The notes beneath the pieces were generated by a model. That model was given only the letters and a program-made list of their open reading frames with translations. It was not told the DNA's origin and did not search any database. This document shows, in pieces, positions 11,228 through 23,269 of a stretch of DNA of 64,000 nucleotides (its first letter is position 1; every line of letters starts with the position of its first letter). The translations under genes were made by a program, and so were the position numbers. The stretch is from Epithemia pelagica (Eukaryota; Protista; Bacillariophyta): assembly GCA_946965045.2 (NCBI GenBank), contig OX337228.1, positions 2,914,001-2,978,000 of the forward strand, written 5' to 3'.

Positions 11228-12760
11228 TCACATTCTCGGCCCATTCTGAAGATGTTGTGGCTCTACACCAGCGGAGGGATGATTGGTAGGATCATGTTGA
11301 TTGAACAACGATTGGAGACCTGGTTGTGCCTGTTGTTCTTGATTCATCAACAGTTGCTGTAGCTGCTGAGTTTGAGAAGGTTGCTGCTGAAGCAACGATA
11401 ATCCCTGTTGCTGTGAAGCATCGACTCCCCCAACCTCACTACTGCCTCCTAATCCAGCACTAGGGTCGGAATCCCAACCCACTCCAGCAGGTCGTTGCTG
11501 AGCTTGCTGTTGACTAACAATGTCGTGGACATTGGAAGCATTGCTCAGGTCCATTCCCCCAACTCCAGCAGTCGAAGCACCCAATGATCCCGGACCCCCC
11601 ATGACGAACGGTTGCTGCTGTTGAGGCTGTTGATTCGCCAAATAGTTGAACAAGACTTGATTTCCGGGCTGTAACATCTGCTGCTGCTGAGGCTGTTGTT
11701 GCTGAAGCTGTAGGGCGAGCAAGTCAGCCGGAGACCCCCCTCCAACTACAGCACCTGACATCAAAGCAGCAGCTTGAGCTTGCTGCTGCTGCCGCTGGAG
11801 CAAAACCTGTTCGAGAAGCAGGGCGTTTGACTGCTGTGCTTGCTGCGGAATGCCTGCCATTGTCGCTCCCGAAACAATTCCCTGTTGTTGCTGCTGCTGC
11901 TGAGTCGGCTGTTGCTGCAAAAACGGAGAGAACTGCTGATAGTGCGGCAACATGCCGGACGTAGATGATGGGAGACCAGTTGTTTGAAACTGGGATGATA
12001 ACAAGGCAGCAGTATTTGGGTCCATCGAAGTACCACCCGTTCCACCCAAGCCTGTAGGAAGAAAGCCTGTGGGCTGGAGCTGATGCGGCATTGAAGCCAT
12101 CTGCGGGAGGCCAGGAATTCCCGCTACTCCACCGCCAGGTGGCTGCTGTAAGGTCATGCCAGTTGCAGCGTTCGCAGTCAATGGAGGTGCTGCTCCCAAA
12201 CGAATACCATCAATGCCTTGAGAGGACAAGGAATTGGATCCCTGCGTCGGATCGGTCTTGACGTTCACTTCGGCCGTGGCCTGTTTCTTCGTGGTCCTGC
12301 TTGGTGAAAGATCATCGGACAGCTCTCCCCCCGTTTTGTCCTTTTTGCGCTTCTGTTTCGCAGACTGCGCCATCGTGTTCATCACAATGTTCTGTTGGTA
12401 CTCCTCCATCTTGACACGATACTTTTTCATCTCCTCCTCGGCCTGTGCCTCATACTTCTTCTTCTCGGTTTCATTCAACGCACTCCAGCGTTTGCCCACG
12501 CAGCGGGCAAGAGCCTGAAAGAGCACGGGGGCCTTCTTCTTGCCTTGTTGCTTCTGGCGCTCTGCTTCTTCTTCGGTTGGCAAGATGAAGTCATCTTGTT
12601 CGATGCCCTGGCGCTGAGCACTGAGGATCCGTTCACGCTCATCCGCAAAGAACAGATTGTAAGCAGAAAGGGGCCGCTTCGGCATATCTTTCGGCTTTTT
12701 GTTGCGCTTTCGCGCTCGCTTCGGTGCGGTTGCATCGTCGGCAGAAGCCTTCTTGCTCAT
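11228..12760 (-). CDS. HMG-box transcription factor 2 with a Q-rich C-terminus
   Basis: KKPKDMPKRPLSAYNLFF...FQALARCVGKRWSALNETEKKKYEAQAEEEMKKY, then polyQ activation-type tracts. First ATG in the ORF is at 12760 (MSKKASADD). Confidence 0.88.
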   Translation of the reverse strand: MSKKASADDATAPKRARKRNKKPKDMPKRPLSAYNLFFADERERILSAQRQGIEQDDFILPTEEEAERQKQQGKKKAPVLFQALARCVGKRWSALNETEKKKYEAQAEEEMKKYRVKMEEYQQNIVMNTMAQSAKQKRKKDKTGGELSDDLSPSRTTKKQATAEVNVKTDPTQGSNSLSSQGIDGIRLGAAPPLTANAATGMTLQQPPGGGVAGIPGLPQMASMPHQLQPTGFLPTGLGGTGGTSMDPNTAALLSSQFQTTGLPSSTSGMLPHYQQFSPFLQQQPTQQQQQQQGIVSGATMAGIPQQAQQSNALLLEQVLLQRQQQQAQAAALMSGAVVGGGSPADLLALQLQQQQPQQQQMLQPGNQVLFNYLANQQPQQQQPFVMGGPGSLGASTAGVGGMDLSNASNVHDIVSQQQAQQRPAGVGWDSDPSAGLGGSSEVGGVDASQQQGLSLLQQQPSQTQQLQQLLMNQEQQAQPGLQSLFNQHDPTNHPSAGVEPQHLQNGPRM

Positions 12761-13249
12761 AAGATGATACCTTGGTTTAATTTGCAATTCGCAAAGTCTG
12801 TGGTAGAAAAGAGTGAACGGGAGACAAGAACGAGGGTCTGATCGACTTTTTAAGTGTGGTAGACGATTAAATAACACTTGGTGGCTTTTTCGTTGCTTTC
12901 TGTTTTTGACTTTTTATTCCTATCACGAGATGGTGTGTGGTGGGTGTGCAAGGGCCGAAGTTCTATGTCAGCGTCTATTAACACCGCCTATCGTCTATCG
13001 TGTCACTCTTCGACACTACCAGTACTCGTACGAACGAATGCTGCTTCTGTTATCTCTTGACAGCGAGAGAAGAGAGAACCTAAGTTTCGATCTTGCTTAC
13101 TTAGAGGGCGAAGACTTCCCCGGAGATATGCGAAACCAGCCGAGCATAGAATGGTGCACATCCAATATTATTGGAAATGGAATTGGAATAGTGATACTTA
13201 GAGCTAAGATTAGACATGCACGTGCGTTCCTGCGTTCTCAGCGAATCTT

Positions 13250-14115
13250 GAGTTCTTAGCTCTTCTCTCTACCTACCTCTAGCTAGAGCTAGCTCTCTAC
13301 TCCTAAGAAGAGGAGCTCTCTAGTAGTTAGGAGTACTTGTCTTAGAGTAGCATTTAGCATCGTGCTAGAGGAGTACCTACTCATCCACATTAATCCACAA
13401 TGGAGCTACTCCTACTACCCCTTAGTTACAACCACGCATGATTGATGAAGAAAGTTACTCCTCTCTACAAAGTAGCTACTAGAGCATGTGCTAGCTAGTG
13501 TCGATGTTCCCTCTCTAATCTCAAGCTCTCCACTCTAGAGTAGAAGGTAGTAGAGTAGTTAGGAGTACAATAGACTATAAGGACTAGGTAGAATCATGTT
13601 AGATTTAGATCTCTAGGTAGTCGAGCGCAAGGAGCGTATCTGTGTATCCTTTAGCTCCTAGCTACTCTATCTAGGCTAGAGAGAAGACACTGCCCAGCTA
13701 CTCTAGAGCTCCTAGAGAGGCTCTTTCTCTAAGTCGCCTGGCATGTATTGTAATAGAGAGGTGGCATGTTCCCAGTTGTTCCTCGAATTTTACCATAATT
13801 GCAACCAAGCAAGATTCAGCGAAAAAAGAGACTATGACTGTCTGTACGTATTATGGATTTTGGCAGATCATTTTGCTTTGTATTGCCCTACTGGCCCATA
13901 CGTAGTAGTTAGTATTACTAATTACTAATTACTTCTCCTACAACAAGTAGGAATATGTACGCAGCTAAGTCTTTCGCATTATGAATGGAGATGCCGAAGG
14001 ACTCTACTAGGAGCTCTATGAGCTAGGTACTCCTAGGAGCCTCAGAAAAATATTCATAAGCCCATACACTCCAGTCTAGAGGAGGAGTAATCCTTACTCT
14101 CTAGGATTCTAGAGG
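13250..14115. other. Degenerate TpA/CTAG-rich non-coding tract, probably a hypermutated repeat relic
   Basis: Hand count over 13261-13740: about 16 CTAG and about 7 CpG. No long ORF; frames are riddled with TAG/TAA stops. Confidence 0.6.
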
Positions 14116-14580
14116 TAGTTTTTCATTTTTCAGTGGTCATTTTCAGAGCTGGTCTTAACGACTGTGAAATTTCCCATATTTCATTCTAACAAAGCGTCCC
14201 AATACTCGTAGATCTTTACCAATAGCCAACAGCCCACACAAAATGGTGTATGGAAATATCACAAAATTGTTCAGAGTTAAGACCAGCTCTTTCCAATTTC
14301 CCACATCACAGGAGTACTTTATTTCGCAGTATGTGTATGTGCGTCGTGCGGTGAAATGGCCTGTCCCTCTCCCGTTCGTATTGGGTACTGGGTTTGGTCT
14401 TGGATATTCTTGGTCGAAGATTTTTGTTGGGTCAGTGCGAACGACTCCTCTTTTTATCAAAAATGGAATCGTCGACCCAGTAGACAAGAGTTGATAACAA
14501 CAAACAAGAAAGACAGAAGACGAGCCATCGACTGTCTAGCGGTTGCTCGTGAAAAGAAAAATGTTTTTGGTTCTGTTTCC

Positions 14581-16324
14581 ATGACTTCATCTTCTCTCGA
14601 AGAGCAGCTTCAGGCTTATCGAAGAAAGTTGGCCACATACAAGGATGGCAGCGACAGCACGTCGTCCGTTGGTGGAAATCAATCAAACGTCAACAACGAG
14701 GACCTCTTCGTAAACTCGCAATCAAGACCCGCAAGCCACAGCCCCCTCCGGTCTAAGGCCAACTTTACTGCAACAGATCAGCATCAGAGAGCGTCGTCAT
14801 TTGCGGGAGCTGACAACATGCAGTCCGATATGGATATGGAGGCCCAAAATGATGGGGAAGTGCCGGGTGAAAGTGAGCCCCAATTTAACTATGACGACGA
14901 CTTCGACAAGGGAGAACTCAGTCCATCTGAGACGGAGGAAGAAGTTCTTACGTGGAGAACAGATCCAGCCAGGAGTCTAAGTGATTGGACCATTCTCGTG
15001 TCCAATCGCGAGACCAGAGAAACCACACCGTATCATGTACATCGAAATGTCTTGGCCGTTGGTCCAAAGAAAAGCGAATACTTTGTTCGATTCTTTCTAA
15101 GTCATGACCGACTTCACAAGGAAGGGAAATCAACCGAAATATGGTTCGACAGTGTCGCTGCTGATGCTATGCCACAATTGCTCGACTACATGTACGCGCC
15201 GGATGGCACATTGGACATTTCAACTGAGTGTGCCGTAGGGCTGCGTCATCTGGCGCAGTTCTTTGGGATGCGAGGATTGCACAAAAAGGTCATGGCCTAC
15301 ATAACGTTAGATCTGACAATGTACAATATCAAAACTTATTACCAACATACCGTCAGAGTCGATGACACAAAAGTTTCGGAACTCGCAAGTGCTCACTGCG
15401 CCGAACATGTAATGGAGATTGGCTTGGACGACCCACTGTTAGAAGTTATTGACCCTTCCTTTTTGCGACGAATATTACTGTCGAGTGCTATTGATTCGGA
15501 AGAAAAACAATTGTACACCAGTCAATTGCTGGCTGAGTACTGTCGACAACATAAGAAAGTTCTGGATGATCAAGATTTCATCCGACTCACTGATGAAAAC
15601 TGCTTGTCACGTGTTCACTATTCAGCAGCTTTGACTCTCATGGAGATGGAATCCGATCTAGTTATTATTGACCAGCACGAAGAGGACCAGATCGCAGAGT
15701 TTACAAGTTTACAGAATCGTTGTCTGGCTGATTTGACGGAACACTGGGAAGAGTTGAGCCAGATGCAGCCCATCGAGTTGACGAGAATTTGCCGAAAACT
15801 TCCTTCGGTCGTCGTCACGGAAATCATGGTACGATCGTTGGGCGTCGCAAAGAAACAACTGGATTCTGGGCGAGGTGGAGGCGGCTCCTCGGGAATGGAC
15901 TCGTCAGAATACGAAGCCAGATTGGAGGATCTGAAGGAAGAACATCAGGAGACGCTCGACCGAGTCAAGAAAGAGTTTGAAACGAACCTGATAAAAATGA
16001 AAGAAGCAGTCGTGGAAAAGTAAGTGGTGGCGACTGTTTAAAGAAAACTCACTCACGTAGGGAGGCTATCTCACGTTTTTCGCTTTCTGTTGCAGAGACA
16101 AATTCATTGCACAATATTGGAATGAATTGAAGCGATTTGAACGGGTCTCCAATACTCCTGAGGGAAAGATGGTTCAAAGTACGTCGTCGGCACTGAAAGT
16201 ATTGAAAATGCCAGGCATTGGCAATCAGCCAATAGAGGGGTTAATCTTATCCAAACCAAAGGGAGGGGGCAAGTTTCCTATCTTCGTGTACAACAGTAAG
16301 AAAGCAGATGATATAACGGTTTGA
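14581..16324 (+). CDS. BTB/POZ domain protein (intron 16020-16095)
   Basis: SLSDWTILV...YHVHRNVLAVGPKKSEYFVRFF...AMPQLLDYMY...LRHLAQFFGMRGL. Splice aa|gtaagt...ttgcag|agac continues as KDKFIAQYWNELKRFERV to the stop at 16324. Confidence 0.85.
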
Positions 16325-16552
16325 GGTTTGAATGGCATCAGTAATGATGAGCTAGACATGATTGAATAGTTTAGAATTCTAACGAATCGATAACAGGGAC
16401 TTCTAATCTCGTTGGGAAAAGTTGATATTTCAAGGTGCATAGGGGTGTCTTACACAAAGGTCTACTTTCTAATCCCCAATGTCCAATTCCAGTAAAGTGT
16501 GGCAGTAAAATTTACGCTTAGTTTCGCTCTTCGTCTCATCCAGTAACTCAGA

Positions 16553-18691
16553 TCAGATAGTGAAGTGTTGCTCTTCGCTACTTGCATGGTTGATAGTCCA
16601 CGTGTGAAGGGTATTGCCTTGGCGGTCTTTGACATTCCAAACATGAGAAACATAGGTATTTACTCGAACCGATTCTCCCGCTCCAAGTTCACCAAAATAT
16701 TGATCATGCCAGTACAAGCGTGCTCCGTTGAATTTTTCGTCCTGACCACTATTGAAAAAGAGTGCCGAGACGGATGTGAAACTACCTTCAGCGGTTGTCT
16801 TCTTTTCTTCTTGTCCGAACTTAAATGGGGCATGGCTAAACTCCTTTCGCGCCGCATTCCATACCCACAAATTAGCAGCCCATTTTGTCCCGGCCAAGAC
16901 TGGGCAGCCACCATGTTCACTCATTCCATCTTCGGTGCCATTCGGGAACTGGGAATAAAAGAGAACGGCCCGTGATTTTTTCGGTCGAACTGCCAACTTG
17001 GTTCGACATTGAATCGTCATATCCTCCTCCCATGATCCAGGCTTCAACATATCTGTTTCTCCCTGTTCTCGCAGGAGATGCACCAATTCACTCTTTTCCG
17101 GAACGTCTTCTCCGCTACGAGTTCCCTTCGAAAATACAGTTTCTCCTCCACAGGATTCCTCCAAATCACTCATGTACAGCAGTATTGTAGCGAACCGATT
17201 CCCTCCCCTTCCTTCTGATCGATAATCGTATTTTTCACGGGCTGATATGTCAATAAGTCTAGTTAGCGTATCGGAGATCCTTCTGTGACGATTGAAATAC
17301 CACAATAATCACTTACGAGCGTCTGTCAAGTAATCCATGTGTGGCACATATGCGGTAGTCTTTAGACATAACGCAAACCAGGAGCAAGGGAAATGTCCAC
17401 ATGAGCAAAGTGCAAAGTATATGCCGTTGTGGATGAAAAGTGACGTACCAAGTTATACCGCAGGATTTGAAGTCCATCGGTATGTGATTCGTAATATTCG
17501 TCAAAGCCCAACGCCGTCATACAACGTCTGCAAAAAATAATAGAGGGAAACAGCCAATCAGACAAGCGATGTACACGAGTTAATCCTTTCCAAAGTTGTT
17601 TGATCAAGTATTGACATTCCAGTGACTGCTACCCACCTCTTGATCGTCTGAGCTACTTTTCCATGTGTATCCCATGCATTTTCCGACGTTCGGCGCTGAA
17701 AGATATTAGCCCCAACAGTTCCGGTGGTACTACGGTGAAGCTTATGTGTTTCCGTTGTTTCTGCGAGCGCCTTGTCAATTAATTGTTGAGCCTCGTTCTC
17801 GGAGAAGAAGTTGTGGATATCAAAGACACGAGGGTTGAGGGACAAGACCTCCAATGCCAATGGACTACCACTTTGATCCAAGACATGGGGCAACTCGAAC
17901 ATTTCCCCAACGTATTTGGGAGCGAACATAAAGACACGTCCAGCCGGCACAGCATACAAATCCAATGTCGGGTCATTGCTGCTGCACGTCTCGCTTGTAT
18001 CACCGTCTGTGGAATTCTCATTTGTACAAGAAGAAGGAGAAGCATCACCACCTTTGTCGATGGACATCGATGAGCGTTGTATCAAGAGCTCCGCGAGTTG
18101 TTGCATGGAGCTGATTCGAACCCCTTCTCGAGTAAAGAAGCGACAGGGTAGATTACCAGCCGGCCCTTCGACGAGACGGACAGAATCAGGCTGTGGCACG
18201 GTTCGATCACGACCCATATCACAAAAGCCTCGAAATCCCTCCAAATCTTTGTTTTTCTTTGTATCCGTCGATTCGCACTGGTTGTCGGACATGGACTGCC
18301 AGAAAAATTCTGTCAACAAGGATTCGACAATGTATTTGTCCAGCTTCTGGTTCGGTTTGGGACACGATCGGCCTTTGAAGGCGCGCATGGCGTCATCCAG
18401 GGCTTTCATTGCGACGGTCGCAGACCCACAGGCATCCACTTCTCCGTTTCGATGCAAAGAGATCATCATTGAAGAATCTAATCCATTCACTGTCTCTTGT
18501 AGAACAAAGTCGGACACGGAGCGTTCACAGGGATCATTTTCTTTCACTTCTCGAGCGTCTGCTCGTTTGATGGTCAACAGTTCACGTCCACCATGAAATA
18601 GATCTCGTCCGTACACAACAAATAACCATGAGAAACAAATCAACTCAAACGCCACAAGCGCTTTCCCTGCCATGGTCTTCCACTCGGTCAT
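16553..18691 (-). CDS. P4H: Prolyl 4-hydroxylase alpha-like 2OG-Fe(II) dioxygenase (4 exons)
   Basis: N-terminal TM helix, then FFSENEAQQLIDKA...RTSENAWD, DGLQILRYN|TTAYVPHMD, NRFATILLYMSD, GGETVF and HGGCPVLAGTKWAANLWVWN. GT-AG introns join the ORF pieces. Confidence 0.9.
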
Positions 18692-19149
18692 TGGTACCGG
18701 TCCTGGGTCCCTCTTTCCTAGACTATAGAAAGGAGAGGGAGAGAGTGAGCGAGCACCCCCAGCACAAACTCAACCTATCAGCGTTGCTGGATTCTGAATT
18801 TGTCAACAGAATCGCAGTAGAAGAGGGTTCACCAATACAAACAACAAGCAATGCAATAGTGGGTCGGAAGTCGGAAATCTTTTATCAAGCGACTTGCGGC
18901 TGGTGATGCAAGAATGTCCCAGCAGATTTTTAGTATGTCCGATATGCCTTTTTCGAAATGAGAAATGAGAACCATAGCTGCTCCTCTATCTACAGAGCTC
19001 TTTCAGAAACCATAGCCCATATAGCGACAAAGATCCAAAATCCCAAAATGGGGGGTCCCGCTCCTCCCCCCTCTTTTTGTCGGGGATGTAATGGCTTGTC
19101 CATTTCTTGGAAGAGACTTTCGTTGCGTTGGTGATCTTGATGATACACA

Positions 19150-19722
19150 ATGCCTGTACATTCACTTCACATCTTTGATCGGAAGGGCAAGACATTATTC
19201 ACCAAGCGATTCATCAAGGATTCCAGTGAAGAAAATGCAGATCCTGAGCAATTAGCCGAGCAACGGAAACTCGTCTTTGGTATGTTGTTTTCGCTTCGCG
19301 AAGTCGCGGCCAGGTTGTCGCCCGCTCCCGCCAACAACGAAACGAACGCCAACAACAAGAACAACACGGACAGCTACGGTAGCAGTGGATTGCATTCTGT
19401 CAGGACAGGTGCCACAACGCTATACAATTACGAAACTACAAGTGGCCTTCGATTTGCCCTTTACGTTGCCAATTATCACCTACCACCCTACAGTGGGACC
19501 GATCAGCATGAGAGCGACTCCAAGCTTGGATCATCCTCTACACCAGTTGCTACCGCACCCGATACCAGTGTACGGGCGGCGCTAGAATACATTTACAATG
19601 ACTTGTGGATCCAATGCGTGACCAGGTCGCCTCTCTATCGACCAACCGAACCTAATGTCGATGAAACCAACTTTGAAGCCAAGCTTACATCGTTTCTTCG
19701 AGCGCAACCTTGGTTCCGATAA
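19150..19722 (+). CDS. BET5: TRAPP complex subunit 1 (sybindin/longin family)
   Basis: MPVHSLHIFDRKGKTLF; KLVFGMLFSLREVAARLSP; YNYETTSGLRFAL; LEYIYNDLWIQCVTRSPLY. Confidence 0.88.
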   Translation: MPVHSLHIFDRKGKTLFTKRFIKDSSEENADPEQLAEQRKLVFGMLFSLREVAARLSPAPANNETNANNKNNTDSYGSSGLHSVRTGATTLYNYETTSGLRFALYVANYHLPPYSGTDQHESDSKLGSSSTPVATAPDTSVRAALEYIYNDLWIQCVTRSPLYRPTEPNVDETNFEAKLTSFLRAQPWFR

Positions 19723-19867
19723 TAAGTTCCAAAAATTGAACAAATGGTCTTTTGGTGGTATCAAGAAAGCATAGAAGTAAACTTTTCGTAGGTTTGTTTG
19801 CCGACAAGGAGCATGGCATTCATTGTAATTCGTAGCCACCATCGACCTGTACGCTTTTTATGATGCT

Positions 19868-20996
19868 TCACGAAGGATTGGATGAACCCGCTGCAGTTGC
19901 TGCGTTTTTTGGCTTTTTGGCAGCTGTTGCACTGACACTCGAACGTGGGTTACCATTCTCATTGTTCGAGCCAACTGACTTTCGAGGCTGCCCCTGGGAT
20001 TGTTGTGCCGCCGTTGGCGGACCCGAGGACGTGGCTCCTCCTGATGCCGAGGACGACGTCGTCGTTTTTGCCTTGTTGTCTTGAGCTCTTCGTAGATCCT
20101 CATCCAACTGCTCCAACTCTCGATTGGCCAACAAGAGTCGATCGCGAGCCGATGCAAGTTCGCTCTGGAGAAACTTTTTGGCCTCCAACAACGCCAGAAA
20201 TGTCTCGGCATCCGAGTAGGGACGAAAATGATCTTGATGTGAATATTCAATGGAAGGAGACTCGGGGACACGTTTCAATTGCTCAAAAAAGGCTTCGGAT
20301 GGATTGGTAAATACCACTTCATCGTATGATTCCGCGACGACAGGATCATCCGGTTTCTTCTCTGCACCAGCTGATGCCCCTGGTACAGATGATGGGGGAA
20401 GGCTGTCCGGTGCAGGGGCTGGGTGATAAAGTTTGATGCCATGATTCACCTGATATGAGCAGGGCAAGGCGGGGGCACAGAAACGACAAAAGCTGTTGAG
20501 GTATGGGCATTCAACAAAAGTTTCTCAGCAATCCAAACAACCAGAAGAACCGCTCACATACCACTGTGGATTTTTCGTTCGGATCTTTCCAATAAATACG
20601 AATTTGAGCATCGAATTCACCCCAACCTCGTTCCGTGACTTGATATGGCGCCTTGGTGAGTTCTCGTACGGGTTGAGCAAAGGACGGATGAAGATGAAAG
20701 ACAGCTTTTTGAATACAATGTGAAATGTCTTCGTTGTTTGGACCACGTAAATACAATGTCCACTCATGCGTCGAATCAACAACAGCAGCAGGAGCTCCCG
20801 ATCCTTTTTTGTTCAAGGCAAAGGCTATCGACCCATACACAATCGGCAGGGACACCACTGTATCCTCCAATCGCGATGCTTCAGGTGGAGGCGGCATGGA
20901 TGGCGCCGTACCAGATAAAGGTGAAACAGCGCCACCGACCAAAGGTAGGGAGGCAGCAGACGATGTTGCCATGGTGCTTCGAGAATGATGCTGCAT
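19868..20996 (-). CDS. YAF9: YEATS-domain protein (GAS41/Yaf9), 2 exons
   Basis: PIVYGSIA; THEWTLYLRG; KAVFHLHPSFAQPVRELTKAPYQVTERGWGEFDAQIRIYW. Splice gtg|gtatgt...atcag|gtg gives VNHGIKLYH, then ESYDEVVF and a C-terminal coiled coil. Confidence 0.9.
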
Positions 20997-21260
20997 CTAC
21001 AAAATGCGCGATGGGGGTGGTGTGGGTAGAAATTGCCACCAAAGTAATAATCCTCAGCCGTGTACGGTGGAAAAGCTGAATAATGAATCAAATGAATCAT
21101 TGAACGGAAGAGATCTTCCACGCTGGAAAGTTTCTACGCGTGCCGTTGGGGATTCGGAAGCTGTACAATACAATAAAATTCATATAAATTGTGATGTCTT
21201 CGAAACAGTAGGGAAGACGAGCATCACCATCCATTCATAATTCATATCCATTGAAGCATT

Positions 21261-23208
21261 ATGAGCACAAGGGCGGTGCCGCCGTCGCCAACTTCTCAAG
21301 GGGAAACGAAAAATGGCATGACTTTACGGGAAGAGGGACATGGTGGCAATACCGCAGAACCTCACAGATATCGTGTTCTAGTAGAGTTTGCCCATCGACA
21401 TTTGGACTTTCTCTTGGCCGAGCTCCAGTCGGTTCTACAACTGAATGCGATTTCTCTAGGAGAAACGAATAATCGACAATGCGAATGTTATCTGGAGACG
21501 TTACTTCATCAAGATCGGTTTGATGCCTTGGTAAAAGAGCGCTCCAAAACCGATGCATTCCAGAGATTAGCCCGACGGCCCTTTGTCATTCTTTCCTTTT
21601 CGGCCGATTCGAAATGGGCTCCACTGCAACACAAAGAACTTGGACACAATGGTGACCAACGGCGACATGGGGAAGGTCTCCAAGCAGAAAATTGTATGCA
21701 TCATCCTTCCATCGCCCAAGTTCTGCTCGAGCGATGTGTGCTTGTTCGCAGTGTCATTGAGTTGTGGGCCATGGCTCCTTCGATTGAGGAATGCGCGCTA
21801 GAAGTCAAGACATGGACGACTCAAACTAGTCTGGGAAGGACCATTTATGATAAGTGCAGGAATGGAAGGGGTATTCGCACGCTGCAGCGTTCGTGGAAAT
21901 TCTCTATTCATACCCTCGGTTGTACTTTTACACGAGAGGAACACGCGACGATGCGCGGCAAGTTTCATGATTGTTTGCAAATTCCTGGCCCAGTCCAAAT
22001 GAAAGACCCTGACGATGAGTACATTTTTATTCGAGAAGTCGAACTGGACTACAAGGGTGGGCCCATGTTTCCCCTTTATGATTTTCAAAAGCAAGTCATT
22101 CCGGAGAATCAGGCCCGCCCTCCGCTGTGTTGCTACTTTGGCCGTGTACTAGAGGGAGCTCGGTCTGTCAAAGGACGAGGGCATCTTGAAGAATACTCCC
22201 TCAAAAACCGAGGTAAGCTGCGAATAGACTCAATGGGAGTCTGATACCTTGATGGTTTGAAGTACTGTCGTGTGGAAGCTTTTCCTTTGCCTACTCACAC
22301 GACTTGTTTTCAAATCGTTATTAGTTTATCTTGGTCCAACGAGTATGGATACAGAACTTTCCTTTGTCATGGCTAATTGCGGTCAAGTGAAAAGAGGATC
22401 TATCGTAATGGACCCCTTTGTCGGCACTGGGTCCATATTAATTTCCTGTGCTTTGTATGGGGCCTATTGTATGGGTACTGACATTGACATTCGTGTGCTT
22501 CGGGGAAAAGGACAAGAGAAAAATGTGTTTGGCAACTTTCAGCAATATGGTCTCCCACGACCAGAACTGATTCGTAGCGATAACGCTCTGTATCATCGTC
22601 ACTTTCGTGGCGCTTGTCCACCTCAACCCTTGTACGATGCCATTTGCTGTGATCCTCCCTATGGTATACGAGCGGGAGCACGCCAAACGGGATCTCGTCG
22701 CCGCTCAGGGGACAGTTCCACCACTGCATCGGTCCGTTCTCTCACAGAGGAGGAACGCAAAGACCACATCCCCCAAACCAAACCTTACCCCGTCTCAGAT
22801 GTCATGGCCGATCTTTTGGACATGGCGGCTCGTACACTTGTCATGAACGGCCGCTTAGTGTATATCATTCCGTCGTTTGCCGACTTTGATCCTGAATCGG
22901 ATCTACCACGTCATGCTTGCTTGCGCCTAGTTCACTGTTGCTACCAACCTCTGTCGCTGGAGCTGGGTAGACGGCTTGTCGTCATGGAGAAAATGGAAGA
23001 ATACAACGTGAATCGAGAAGACGAATACCGTCAAAATGTTTGGAAGAATGGGCAGGCATCGGCAGAAAAGGTTATGGCCATTCGAGCCAAGATCAATGAA
23101 GCTGCCAAAGTGAAACCGGGATACGAAGAAAAATTAGCCATGCGAAAACAAAAGCGCAAACAAAACAAAGAAATGAAAAAGAAGGCCAAACTCGCTGAGG
23201 AGAAATAA
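21261..23208 (+). CDS. TRM11: tRNA (guanine-10-N2)-methyltransferase, 2 exons
   Basis: Splice cgag|gtaagc...ttag|tttat gives SLKNRVYLGPTSMDTELSFVMAN. Also GSIVMDPFVGTGSIL, GTDID and DAICCDPPYGIRAG. Confidence 0.92.
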
Positions 23209-23269
23209 AAGTTGGTGTATCGCTTTTGCTTCTCCAGACAAATGTCCCAGTAAGCATCCCGCTATTTCG

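Noticed and set aside
4015-20996. EAF3 and YAF9 (both NuA4 subunits) within 17 kb of each other as a functional cluster
   Set aside because: Unrelated genes lie between them, and such proximity is plausible by chance in a compact genome.
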